A stretch of DNA of 64,000 nt. Origin: Octopus vulgaris (taxonomy: Eukaryota). Shown here piece by piece: positions 41,183-54,018 of this stretch; position 1 is the first letter of the stretch, and the number at the start of each line of letters is the position of its first letter. The notes beneath the pieces are model-generated. The model was not told the origin of the DNA. It searched no databases and saw nothing but the letters and a program-made list of their open reading frames with translations. The stretch covers positions 102,114,001 to 102,178,000 of the forward strand of contig OX597816.1 in assembly GCA_951406725.2 (NCBI GenBank), written 5' to 3'. The translations under genes and the position numbers were made by a program.

Positions 41183-41598
41183 TTCTTATGTTTTTCTTAA
41201 TTTTTTTTGAGCTTCAAACTTCCAGTCAATTTATTTATTTATTTGTAATGTTTTTTTCTCTCAAAAGAATATCATCTTTCTACAACATGCAAATAAATCA
41301 GTAATTACATTCATTTATTCTTCATTTTCTCCTCTTTGTTTATCCTTCAATATATAATGTATATATACATCTATACATTATGCATGTCTCTGTGTTTCAC
41401 TCTCACCCTGGTAATTTTAGCAATTCAGCAAAATGAGCCCAGCAGAATACATACTTGACTTAAAATATTGGGCTTGATTTGATTAACTAAACCCTTTAAG
41501 GTGGTACCTCAGCTTGGCCACACAATCCAGTGACTAAAACAAGTAAAAAAAAATATAAATAAATAAAACAATAAAATAATATGAAAGAAGCTACTTAC

Positions 41599-42242
41599 TC
41601 AAGCAGTAATTCTACTGTTTTTACGCATTTCACGCTGCATGCTGTCCACAAAGCTGTCCGCTTATCTTTATCAGTCACATTGACATTAGCACCACCTTTC
41701 AGGAGTCGGTGAACTCCCTGAGTAAAGTTCATCCGTGCAGCATACACCAAAAGAGGTTGAGTATTTTTCTCAGAGAAATAAGACGTTGAGTCCAAATTCA
41801 AAAGCTTTCCACATCTTTCATGAAAGTCCATTAATGCATGGAAAACAGAGAACTGACGTTTGTACATGGCCCAAGCAAGAAGACATGACATTTTCACACT
41901 CTGATTGATGTCATGGCTAAATCTTTTTGAATATAGCATTTCCTCTAGAGTTTCTTTGTCTCCACAACAAACAGCTTGGCATAACTGTTTAAAGGCCACA
42001 GTTGTGTCTTCACTGTTGGTATAGCCAAATTTGTGAGGGTTGTTGATGTTTGCTTTGGCCCTGCATAGCTGTTGCTCAGTTGCAAATCGGCAATATTTGA
42101 TCTGGCTATGACTAACAGGTAACTTCTGTTTGTGCGGGCAGTTACGGGAATAAAGGATTTCCTTTGGGTAGATTTGAAGGCAACGAAAGCATTGGTGAGT
42201 GGATGGTTGAATGGGTTGTGGTGAAACCAAGAAATAATCCAT
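41599..42242 (-). CDS. ASB-like protein, first identifiable coding exon (acceptor at 42253, candidate ATG 42242)
   Basis: poly-T cag|CT ATC CAA ACA ATG GAT...CTT GA|gtaagt; ankyrin motifs PLLVYAARMN...LLKGGANVNVTDKDKRTALWTA; spliced CDS 1170 nt. The frame is open upstream of the ATG, so the true start may lie in an earlier exon. Confidence 0.85.
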
Positions 42243-42549
42243 TGTTTGGATAGCTGAAAAAAAAAAAAAATAATAATAAAAAAATTGCAAGACAGTTACA
42301 ATACCAGTGATCATAAGAGCACTTGGAATTATCAAGAAAGGAACTGAAATTTATTTGAGGATGATTCCTGGCTAACCATCCATGTAGGAAGTGCAAAAGA
42401 TTGTCTTAACTGGTACATCACATGTATTGAGAAGAGCATTGTTGCTGTGACGAAATACCGCTAAGCATTTCGCCCGGCGTGCTAACGTTTCTGCCAGCTC
42501 GCCACCTTATACAGATAGTATGGTACCATTTGCTGCAGACAGCAAGCCT

Positions 42550-44800
42550 GCTATGCATGCAAGACTCCAGGAGTTACAACAAAACCTGAAATAAGAATAA
42601 ACAACAACAGCAAGAAGAAGAAGAAAAACAATTAACTAGACATCGCATTCTTGAAAGAGTTGTTCTATGCGGCTGCTACAGCCTCCAAAGATGTGTAGCT
42701 TAAAACTGAAAAACAGAGTTGCAAATCCTCATAAAAGACCTATGTGGCAAGAAAAAGAATCAAGAAACAAATTAATGCTTGCTGATCTGATATAGAAACA
42801 TTGAAAAACTTAAGCAATAATCATAATATAAAATCATCCAAGAAGAGAAAGATAATGTGAAAATATGAATTAAAGTCAAAACAATTTTCTGAAGTAATGG
42901 AGAAGATAAAACAAAAAGTGCTGGACAAAGCTGTACACATATGTTACTTTGAAAGACAATTCTGTTTTTTCAAGGATAACAGCATGTTTAAAAATGACTC
43001 AAAGAAGTTCTATAGACAGACTGGAAAGATCACCATCAAAATAAAAGTTTCCTTAGAACATGAAATACTTGAGTTCTGGAGTAAGGTTTGGACAGATGAA
43101 AAGGAGCATAAATGTGATATTCCATGGATTAACAAGACACTGTGCTTATACAAAAAGAAATACAGGAAGAGGTCAGTGTAGAAGATACCATACTTATACA
43201 GAAAAAGTTCACTAAATGGAAGTCACTTGGTATAGATAAGATCCCAAACTATTAGCCTAATATGTTGATAAACTCGAAGGAACCACAAATGAACCCCAAA
43301 AAATGCTGAAACAAAAAAACTCCTAAAAATTACAGACCCATAACAAGCCTAATAACAATGTTCGAGATCCTTACATTTGTTATAGTGGAACACATGTATA
43401 CTTCCCTCATGAACAATATTTCCCCTAATGAAGAGAAAATCTGTAAATCTAGGGCTTATGGATATAAGGATCAACTGTTAATAAACAACTGCAGGCACTA
43501 CTACACACAATCAAACAATTTAGTGATGACATCAAAATGGAATTTGGGCTGTAGAAATGCACCAAAGCTACATTTGCCATGGTAAAAACCATCAAACATG
43601 CATAAGCACACTAGATAGAGATACAAAGATAAAAGTATTAGATCCTGAAAGGAGTTATAATTATCTAGGGAGTATGTGAAGGAGAGGGGATTAAGCACTC
43701 ACTTATGAAATAAAAAATAAGGAAGGAGTGCTATCAGAGAGTAAGAGGTATTTAGAAGTTGAATATCTGGAACAAAACTGAGGCCATAAACATGCTGGCC
43801 ATGCCTGTAATCACACACAGCTTCAATGCTATAAACAGGTCCATTTCTGAGATCAACAAAGTTGATGCCAAAATCTGAAAGCTGATGATAAGGTTTCATA
43901 TGCATCACCCAAAAGCAGATACAGACTATACCTTCCAAGAAAAGAAGGCAAATGGGGGTTAATACAATCTCATTGAAAATTGCAACCATGGGATTTTCTG
44001 CCTACCTGCAAATAAATGGATGTTAAAGCTGGTTGTGAAACAGGAAGATATGAAAAAGTTGCACTCGGAGACAAAAAAATACAGAAATATAACTTTGAGA
44101 AATACATCTAGATGAAGAAGAAAACGTGACAAATAAAAAACATAACCAAACAAACCAGCCTCTAATATACTAAAGAGTGATAGAAGCAAAAAAAAAAAAA
44201 AAATGCTGTATGGCAAATACCTGAGTAGAGTTAGGGACCCTGATGGAAGTCAAACCCTTACTTATCAGTGACAGACATGCTCTGCTCTTGAACCAGAAAC
44301 TGAGAGGTCAGGATCATTTCCTTCCAACTAGAAATTACCAGAATAATGTCCTTAAACATGAAATCAGCCTATCATACAACATATGTGGAGAGCATCAAGA
44401 GACAATCAACCACATAATCTCTGGATGCAGCTAACTGCTACCAACAGAACAGTTGCAAAGACATGACATGGTTAGTCAATATGCTGCACAAAGATTACCA
44501 TCCTTTAGAATTTCAGTGTTCAAATTGATCAGGAAATACAGGCTAACCAACAAGATATTATTGTGAAAAATCAGATTGAAAAGACTGGCTGTTTGATTCA
44601 TACTGCAGCTCCAGCTAACAAAAACACATCTCTGAAAACATTTGAGAAACTGAGCAAATATAAGGACCTGGAGATTGAAATTAGAATAATGTGGTATTGC
44701 AAAGCAATAACACTACTTGTTATTATTGGGGCACTTGGAATGATATTAAGAGGAGCAAATAAATAAGTAGACCAAATCTCTGTGAAATGCAAAGGATCAT
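42550..44800 (+). mobile_element. Degenerate R4/Dong-clade (RLE) non-LTR retrotransposon
   Basis: KWKSLGIDKIPNY, PKNYRPITSL, GYKDQLLIN, MEFGL*KC, MHHPKAD, CGEHQETINHIISGC, EKLSKYKDLEIEI..MW, VIIGALG. Confidence 0.85.
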
Positions 44801-44990
44801 ACATATTCTGCATAAATTCGTTTCCATGTAAATGCAACCTTACACATTCTGCTTTGTTTTTCTCCCAGAGATATCAGTGCTTTTAATTGCAGAGCGCCTC
44901 ACTTGTTAGCATCATAAGATACAAAACCTTGCTGTCCCTCGACATCTCTCATTGTAATTTTTTTACAACTCATATAGCAAAGCCAAAGCA

Positions 44991-45035
<45 letters not shown>

Positions 45036-45388
45036 CGTCGTCGTCGTCGTCATCATCATCATCATTTAACGTCTGCTTTCCATTTTGGGCGATTTGACTG
45101 AGGACTGGCGAACCAGATGGTTGCACCAGACTCCAATCTGATCTGGCAGAGTTTCTACAGCTGGATGCCCTTCCTAATGCCAACCACTCCGAGAGTGTAG
45201 TGGGTGCTTTTACATGTTACCGGCACGAGGGCCAGTCTGGCAGTACTGGCAACGGCCACGCTCAAATGCTGTTTTTTATGTGCCATCTGCACAGGAGTCA
45301 GTCCAACAGCACTGGCAACTACCTCGCTCAAATGTTTTGTTCACGTGCCAGTAGGGTGACACAGGTAACGATCATGCTCAGATGGTGC

Positions 45389-45419
<31 letters not shown>

Positions 45420-45594
45420 GGGTTTCAAATTTTGTCACAAGGGCAGCAGTTTGGGGGGAGGGGATGAGTTGATTGCATCAACCCCAGTCTTCAACTGGTA
45501 CTTATTTTATCAACCCCAAAAGGATGAAAGGCAAAGTCGACTTGGCAGAATTTGAACTCAGAACGTAGTGACAAATAATAATAAATGCCCTGAT

Positions 45595-46140
45595 GCAGTA
45601 CCAGGCAGTGGCTCTCCTGGCTTTCAATCTTAAATGATTGGTTGTGTTATTGTGTAATGTTTTGTCTTGGTATAAAAGATGGGCTACAGTAAATATTCTG
45701 CTCAATGATACAGATTTGCTTGTCAGTTTTTTTAACCTTAACTAGTTGAGTATGTCCCTTGGTGGTTGATGATATGTATATCTCTGATCATGAGCAGAAG
45801 TAGTGGGGAGCATCATAGCCATGTGTTGAGAGGAATTCCTTGGGGTTTAAATTATTCACCTCTTGAAACATGGGTATTTCATTCATCATCCTTAAACAAA
45901 CCTCATTTATGATTTTTTGAGTGGGATGGGATACTTGACCTGAAGAAATTTTTAACTGGGACCCACATGTGAGGTCATGCGCTGTTTATCTTGATATGAG
46001 ATCGCCATGTCACAGACATATGGTTGTGATGGATGTGCCTGGAGTGCCCTTATCAAACAGGTAGTCATGATGGATATACTGGGCTTTGTATATTTTACCC
46101 CAGTGTCACTTTGATGGCATGCACTGCTCTCTCACTCAAT
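45595..46140. repeat. Unclassified interspersed repeat
   Basis: Discrete higher-GC block bounded by (TAA)n-like ends and inserted in a SINE; family not recognised. Confidence 0.35.
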
Positions 46141-46404
46141 AAGGAGGAGGACAGGAACAAGAACAGAAGTTTCTGATTTAGGCACAAGGCCAGCAAATTT
46201 AAAGGAGGCAATTAGTTAAATTGACCCCAGTATTTTATTATCCACAAAATGATTAAAGGTAAAGTCAACTTCAGTGAGATTTGAACTCAGAACCCTGCCA
46301 AAATGCAGGTCTTGTGCCTAAATTACAAGCAAGCATGCAAACAAATAAACAACATTTTATAAGATAGACAGATCTTATAAAATTACCTTTTCTGGTCATT
46401 TTAT

Positions 46405-46628
46405 AAGGAGGGGGAGGAGGAAAATGAAGAGGGAGAATGGGAATGAAGAGGAAAGGGCAGAAAAGGAGGTGCAGAAGTGGAGCAGGAGAGTAAGAGGGAG
46501 AAAAGGAGGAGGATGAAGAAGTAGAAGATGAAGAGGAGGGGAAGAGGAAGACGTGGAGGCAGGAGAGGACTGCCTAACAGTTATATAGTTTCAGAAAAGA
46601 TCTTTACGAGTAATTTAAAGTCTTCGAG
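46405..46628. repeat. Purine-rich segment, copy 1 of a local duplication
   Basis: Matches 47761-47992 including the unique tail GGACTGCC..AGTTATATAGTTT.AGAAAAGATCTTTA.GAGTAATTTAAAGTCTTCGAG. Confidence 0.85.
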
Positions 46629-47127
46629 ATCATTTTATAGGATAATAGATGTTATGGGAAAGTTATATTGACCTTATAAATTTATATTGAATAAATGTAA
46701 CAAGCACAAAGTTTGAAGGAAATAACCATTTTCCATACTTTCTAGGGATAAGCAAATAAGAAATAACAGTTGCTACCCAAGGACAGAAATTGTGTTACAA
46801 TGTCATGCGGAAACCAAAACCACGTAGCTGCAAAGCCACATGGTATCAGCTTCAGTTCCATGCTATGCACCACAGGTGTCATCTATTACAGCCTCAGGCT
46901 GACCAGTGTCTTGTGAGTGAATTGGTAGATGAAAATGTAAGAAACCTTCACTGCATGTGCATGTATGTGGCCAGGTGTATGCATGTGCTTGTGTCAACCC
47001 CTTGTCTTGATATTTATGCATCAGGTGTAAAAAACAAAGTCAATATTCATATAAACAGTGTCATTTGTTAATAGAAAACATGTCCAACCATTGATCTATT
47101 TGTTGTTCAAAGGACTAGGGAAATATT

Positions 47128-47348
47128 TATTTCTTTACTACCCACAAGGGGCTAAACACAGAGAGGACAGACAAACGGATTCAGTCGATTATATCGACCC
47201 CAGTGCGTAGCTGGTACTTATTTAATCGACCCCGAAAGGATGAAAGGCAAAGTTGACCTTGGCGGAATTTGAACTCAGAACGTAACGGCGGACGAAATAC
47301 GGCTACGCATTTCGCCCGGCGTACTAACGTTTCTGCCAGCTCGCCGCC
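47128..47348 (-). mobile_element. SINE family A, full length with TSD
   Basis: TSD TAGGGAAATATT at 47116-47127 and 47349-47360; B-box GAGTTCAAATTCC; CpGs retained. Confidence 0.9.
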
Positions 47349-47498
47349 TAGGGAAATATTATCTTACTTGAAAACAGGTAAGGGTTGGTGACAGGGATAG
47401 TATCTGACCAGAGAAGATCTGCTTCGATAAATGTTGTCTGACCTATACAATTATGAAACGGTGGATGTTAAAAACAATGATGTTGGGGACGATGATAA

Positions 47499-47732
47499 GG
47501 TGGCGATCTGGCAGAAACGTTAGCGCACTGGACAAAATGCTTAGCAGTGTTTCGTCTGCCGTTATGTTCTGAGTTCAAATTCCGCCGAGGTCAACTTTGT
47601 CTTTCATCCTTTCGGGGTCGATAAATTAAGTACCAGTTACGCACTGGGGGGGTCGATGTAATCGACTTAATCCATTTGTCTGTCCTTGTTTGTCCTCTCT
47701 GTGTTTAGCCCCTTGTGGGTAGCAAAGAAATA
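47499..47732 (+). mobile_element. SINE family A, full length with TSD
   Basis: TSD GTTGGGGA(C/T)GATGATAA at 47482-47498 and 47733-47749. Confidence 0.9.
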
Positions 47733-47760
47733 GTTGGGGATGATGATAATAATAATAATG

Positions 47761-47992
47761 AAGGGGAGGAGGAGGAGGAAAATGAAGAGGGAGGGAAGGT
47801 GGGAAGGGGAGGAGGGGGAATGAAGAGGAAAGGGAAGAAAAAGTGCAGAAGTGGAGCAGGAGAGGAAGAGGGAGAAAAAGAGGAGGATGAAGAAGTAGAA
47901 GATGAAGAGGAAGAAATGGAGGTAGGAGAAAAGGACTGCCAAAGTTATATAGTTTTAGAAAAGATCTTTATGAGTAATTTAAAGTCTTCGAG
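47761..47992. repeat. Purine-rich segment, copy 2 of local duplication
   Basis: See 46405-46628. Confidence 0.85.
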
Positions 47993-48711
47993 GGTCAACT
48001 TTGCCTTTCATACTTTCGAGGTCAATAAAGTAAGTACCAGTTGAGTACTGGGTCACTGTAATCGACTAACCCCTGCCCCAAATTTCAGGACTTGTGCCTA
48101 TACTAGAAAGGATTTATGTAAATCTAGATCTCCACTTCGGTTCAGAAACCAGTATATACCAACTGTTATTAGGAAGACACTTAAAAATTTGAAGTACATA
48201 CCTATCACTTACAGCCACCTGCGAGCAACTATAAATATTTTCATTAAAAAATAGAACAAGTTTATCCAGTATTTCATTTGATAGGTCTTCCTTTGAACAA
48301 AAAGATTCCCTAAATATAATGAAGCATTCAAGTACAATGATTTTAAAGATAAAATTACATAAATGAATATAATATCAAATGTCAGACACAGAAAAATAGA
48401 TCATGTACAATTATTTGGCTTAATGCTCCATTTAGTATTAAAGTGAATACAAATATTGTTAAATATTTCTTTACCTTATGAAATAGATATTTACCATAAA
48501 ACACTAATGTCAAATTAAGTTTCATCGGCACACACAAATTTGCTACAAGAATAGCATGTGTTAATAGTAAAAATCTTAAGCAGCTACCAATATTCAATTC
48601 TTCCTGTTCATACAAATGTTTTAACCACATACATTATCCAATAGATAATTTGTCTTTCAATTTATGATATTATTATGTAAAAATATTTACAGCTAATAAT
48701 TCGCTTTCTGT

Positions 48712-49015
48712 GGACGCACAATGGCCCAGTGGTTAGGGCAGCAGACTCATGGTTGTAGGATCGCGGTTTCGATTCCCAGTCAGGGCGTTGTGAATGTTTA
48801 TTGAGCGAAAACGCCTAAAGCTCCACGAGGCTCCAGCAGGAGGTGGTGGCAATCCCTGCTGTACTCTTTCGCCACAACTTTCTCTCACTCTTTCTTCTGT
48901 TGGCTTGCTCGCTTAGCCAGTGGGGTGGCATCATTTGAAAGCTAATACAATGCGAAGCACATTGTGAGCAGCAACGTGTAGCAACATCTGATAGCCTGGT
49001 CGGTCACGTGATCAC
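48712..49015 (+). mobile_element. tRNA-derived SINE
   Basis: A box TGGCCCAGTGG, B box GGTTTCGATTCC, ~230-bp non-tRNA body. Confidence 0.7.
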
Positions 49016-49593
49016 ATAAATTCACTTTCTAAAGATAATATATGACCAAAAATCCTTTTAAGTTAAGATTCAACTTCAATATGTTTTAAGAAATCTTGAA
49101 GTTTATTAAACTGCTATTTAACATTATTATAAGACTACTAGTAGTAATTTGATAACCTACAAGTTAGTCAAACTACTGTTTGAAAGATATAAGGACATAT
49201 AATAATAAAAATATTTCTGATTTTTGTGCCTGGGAGGGTAACTTTCTAGGTGCAATCCCACAGTCAGTCATGACCGAAGAGGGTCTCAGTATATATATAT
49301 ATATATATATTACGACCTGACTGGTTCCCGTGCTGATGGCATGTAAAAAGCACCATCCAAATGTGATCGATGCCAGGGCCACCTGACTGGATCCTGTACC
49401 AGTGGCATGTAAAAAGCACTCACTACTCTTGAAGTGGTTAGCGTTAGGAAGGGCAGCCAGCTGTAGAAACATTGCCAGATCAGATTGGAGCCTGGTGCAG
49501 CCGCTGGCTTCCCAGACCTCAGTCAAACAGTCCAACCCATGCCAGCATGGGAAATGGATGTTAAACAACGATGATGATGGTGATATATATATA

Positions 49594-50489
49594 CAGGTTG
49601 CGTAGAAAGTAAATAGGCATAAGAAATTGCTTATAGAATTTTTAGTATCACTGAAGTCATGATGAAAACATTTTAAAACAGACAACAGTAATGGGGATTT
49701 ATTGTCTTATTGCTTATTTTCCAGATAGTCGGTCGCTTGACTGTTCAGGAGCAATCTAAGATAGCAGCAAGCTAAGATAGCAGCATGCTATGAAGTGTGG
49801 AATTCTGTTGTTTTGGCTCAGAGATGGAAGTGTGCATGGAAAGGTAAGCAAGTAACACTACATCCGGATACAATGAAAAGTTGTCATGTAAAGCTGATGA
49901 CCATGGGCTCTGTGAACAATGCCAGAAGTGACCATCCAACCACATCCCAATCAGGGGAGAACATGACAACAGTGCAGGAAATGTTTAATCGCAGCTCACA
50001 AAAATCAACATGTCAAGCAGCTCGTGAAAGTGGATTAACAAGACACAATACATATGGTGTTACAGAAAGAATTGAATTTTCATCCATGGAAGCCCCATTA
50101 CACGCAGGAGCTAAAACCTGATGGTAGGATGCAGACCTCATGAATGGCCTCCAAGAAGTCTAGATCTCACTCCGTGTGATTTTTAACTGTGGGGTTACAC
50201 AAAAGAGGAGGTGTACATGATAAAACCTCACACACGGGAGCCCTAAGAGACACGGATTCAGGAGGTTCTCAGTGATATCCCAGACGACGTCCTTCAGAAT
50301 GTTGTTCATTCCATCTCTGGCTGTTTAAGGAAACTGGTTGACGCCACCGGTGCTTACGTTGAAATATGAAGATTTACTTTCATTTTCCCATGTAATAAAG
50401 AACATGTATCATTTGTTTCAATAAATTTGTAAAAGGAATATGGATTTTATTACCAATTTTTAATACCTACTTACTTTTCACCCACCCTG
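49594..50489 (+). mobile_element. Deleted Tc1/mariner-superfamily element
   Basis: TA flanks; TIRs CAGGTTGCGTAGAAAGTAAATAGGCAT / CAGGGTGGGTGAAAAGTAAGTAGGTAT; HTH-like ORF 49795-50121; EWPPRSLDLTPCDF*LWGY motif at ~50142. Confidence 0.88.
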
Positions 50490-50526
50490 TATATGTACAC
50501 ACAGACAGACAGATAGACAGATAGAA

Positions 50527-50937
50527 GGCAGTGAGCCGGCAGAATCATGAGCACGCCGGGCGAAATGGTTTGTGGTATTTCGTCCACTGCTGCATTCTGA
50601 GTTCAAATTCCGCTGAGGTCGACTTTGCCTTTCATTCTTTCGGGATCGATAAATTAAGCACCAGTTACGCACTGGGGTCGATGTAATCGACTTAATCCGT
50701 TTGTCTGTCCTTGTTTGTCCCCTCTGTGTTTAGCACCTTGTGGGTAGTAAAGAAACAGGTATTTCGTCTGTCATTACATTCTGTTTTCAAATCCCGCTAG
50801 GTCAACTTTGCCTTTCATCCTTTCGGGGTCGATAAATTAAGTACCAGTTACACACTGGGGTCGATGTAATCAACTTAATCCCTTTGTCCTTGTTTGTCCC
50901 CTCTATGTTTAGACCCTTGTGGGCAATAAAGAAATAA
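50527..50937 (+). mobile_element. SINE family A, full copy plus tandem 5'-truncated copy
   Basis: Two consecutive ...CTTTGCCTTTCAT.CTTTCGGG.TCGATAAATTAAG...AAAGAAA units. Confidence 0.85.
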
Positions 50938-52037
50938 GATAGATAGATAGATATTCATATACATCATCATTTAACGTTTGCTTTCCATACTGGCATGGAT
51001 TGGACGGTTTGACAAAGAACCAGCGAGTTGCATCAAGCTCCAATATCATCTTTTGGCATGGTTTCTATAGCCACAATAAACTAATACATATACACAAAAC
51101 AGTACATGAGGCATCGTAGCAGGTGGTAAAAGAACATCTATAGACCACATACACAATGAAACAAAAAGTTCACATACACAATGAAACAAGTTCTAAAAAT
51201 GAAAGTCCATTTTTACTAGATTGGAAAGTAAGGAGAGAGAGAGAGGGGGGGTAGGGATAGAGACTGGAAAGAGTGTAGGCTGTCACTGTAGGATTGTGCA
51301 ATACGAGTACAAAGGTTGGGGGTTGTAAAAACACCTGGCCTACTACATCCGTAGGGAGCATCCCTACTATTACTACTAACATGCACCTGTCTGCAAGACG
51401 AGCAACTAACCAAGTTGTTAAAACACTAACAGTCGTACAATACAAAGGACCACCTGTATCTTGTTAATTCGACAAAATATTTCTTCTGCTACAACATAAG
51501 CCTCTATGTAGTAGCTCGACCTACTAGAAATAGCAGTCAAATGTCCCTGAAATCACAGCAATAAAATGGAAAAAGTTTAGCCATCACTAGTATGAACTGG
51601 TAATTTGTACCACGCTTTTGTTAATAGTTTTAGGTTCATTTGTAGGTGAAAGCAGACTAAGACACCCTCGTATCATAGTATGGTCGTAAAATATAGAAGT
51701 ATACAATCGACAAGGTAGATCGGTATTCCTTCGGAGATGGTATCACAAAAGTGAATATGAAATTTATTGTTTTATCTATTTCTTCGGCAATTTCTATAAA
51801 AAAATTCGTTTTTTTTCCAGCTCACACAGACATGTACATACGCAAATATACATACATGCACATAAATACATATACTTACATACACAAATACATAAACATA
51901 AGCGATTCGTGAAAACAAAAAATGTATGTGCATTTGTGTGTGTGTGGGTGTGACCAATTCGCTCGTGGACGTGGAAGACAATGGGTTACATAAGCGTATG
52001 CGCGTGTGAATGACTGAGCATTTCATTGTCCAGCTGA

Positions 52038-52077
<40 letters not shown>

Positions 52078-52488
52078 GAAAGAGAAAAAAAATTGCCGAT
52101 TTTTATTTTCACTTTCGCGATACCATCTCCGACGGAATGCTGGTAGATTTAGATGTACTTCACCTGGAAAAATTATGAAAGCGTCACGGCTGGAATGTCT
52201 TTGATCATGGGTCCACTCAATAAGGGCAGAACTAGGGCTCAGCAACAACTACTGCTGTTACTACAGATTATGACATCAGATACGGTGAAGCCCTAAGCTA
52301 TAAGATCTTGCAGAGATCTTACGTACAAATTTTAATCACGTTCTGAGTTCAAAGTCCGCCAAAGTAGACTTTGCCTTTCATCCTCTTGGGGTTGCGGGGT
52401 CGATCAAATATGTACTAGTTGAGCACTAGGATCAATGTAATCGACTTACCCACTTGCCTCAAAATTGTTGGCCTTGCACTAAAATTAG

Positions 52489-52490
<2 letters not shown>

Positions 52491-52552
<62 letters not shown>
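52491..52552. repeat. (TA)n microsatellite; a second (TG)n(TA)n tract at 53072-53146
   Basis: Direct reading. Confidence 0.95.
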
Positions 52553-52558
<6 letters not shown>

Positions 52559-53071
52559 GGTGAATTTATGGAAAGAAGCCCCATAAAACTCATCGATTTA
52601 TTTAAAAATGGAGGAGACAAGTTGTTAAAATATATAAGAAGTTTATTATGAGTCGTCTTTCCATAAATTCACCATACATTATATATACAAGTATTACTTT
52701 CATATCTTCGCAAATGTACCCCTGTAAACTACCAGCAAAATATGAAGAATCAACATTAGAAATCTTTTTGGGAAACCCCCAAATTAAAGGACGAATTTAC
52801 AACCTTTTTACACCTATATATATATATATATATATATACATACACACACACGACAGGCTTCTTTCAGTTTCCGTCTACCAAATCCACTCACAAGGCTTTG
52901 GTCAGCCCGAGGCTATAGTAGAAGACACTTGCCCAAGGTGCCACGCGCGCGCGTATATAATAATAATAATAAAGGGTAAAATTAATTAATTAATAATTTT
53001 AACAAGTAGTTCGGTATGTTAAAAGAACCATTATACAAAAATTATATAATTATGCTTATAATTAAAGAATT

Positions 53072-53149
<78 letters not shown>

Positions 53150-53867
53150 CCTTTTTAATTAATTCAGTCTAATTTCAGAGATCTCGAGTTGTTAATTAGG
53201 TTAAATCTTATATCTATATAACAACAATAATAAAAACTATAACGAATTAAATTGAGACTTTGAGAGGCCCTCGAGCTGTGTGGGTAGTTTAGCTTATACT
53301 TAAATCCGATCAATAGCATGCATTCTTACATATGCACACACACACACTCACACCTCTGTACACCAAATTACTGCTGCCACGTAATTTGTGTGTGTGTGTG
53401 ATGTTATTTTTCTTAATTATTTAACTCTGTTCTATATTTAATTATAGACTAATGTCACAGCTCCAAACATCCCATTTGTTGAGCACTTTGTGATATTATG
53501 CCTCAGATTAAGTAGTCAGAATGTGTGAATGTTCAACAAGCTGTATATTCACATATACATAACCTTGGATTTCACACACACATACAACTGCTTGTTGCAT
53601 ATTCACATACACATGTAAGCTCACCTTTAAACATCTGCATTTTCCGTCATGGATTCAAAACTGTATATTCCCCGCGCGCGCGCGCGTGTGAAATCCGAGA
53701 TTAAATTAAGATTATTTTAAGCAAGAACAAAACAGTCCCTGATGGGGTGACTTAATTTTTAAAATGGACTAAAATTTCCTTTAACTCAGACTAAAATATG
53801 TATGGTTGAGTAAGGTGAATTTTCGAGTCCCAGTCAAAACGATTAGATACACGTACCTAAGATTGCC

Positions 53868-54018
53868 GGCGAAGATAAAGAATGCGCACACCAGGTGGCT
53901 AGGGTGAGGGTTAGGGGCGAAGATAAAGAATATGCACACCCGGTGTTTAGGGTTAGTTTTAGGGTTAGGGTTTTTGTTACGCCAAAAACGGGTGATGTGC
54001 GTATTCTTTACTTCCACC
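53868..54018. mobile_element. MITE with GG termini, 8-bp TSD and TTAGGG-like repeats (Merlin-like)
   Basis: TSD AGATTGCC/AGATCGCC; TIRs GGCGAAGATAAAGAATGCGCAC / GGTGGAAGTAAAGAATACGCAC. Confidence 0.7.

Noticed and set aside
42254-42335. N-terminal extension of the 246-aa ORF (MIIPSALM...FFYYYFFFFS)
   Set aside because: Corresponds to the intronic polypyrimidine tract before the acceptor at 42253
47715-48044. 109-aa acidic ORF
   Set aside because: Translation of a purine-rich low-complexity duplication flanked by SINEs; no splice support
48712-48785. tRNA-like sequence
   Set aside because: Has A/B boxes but no proper cloverleaf and continues into a SINE body
51700-51713. 14-mer TATACAATCGACAA shared with the 31817 palindrome arm
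   Set aside because: Flanks do not align; plausibly chance
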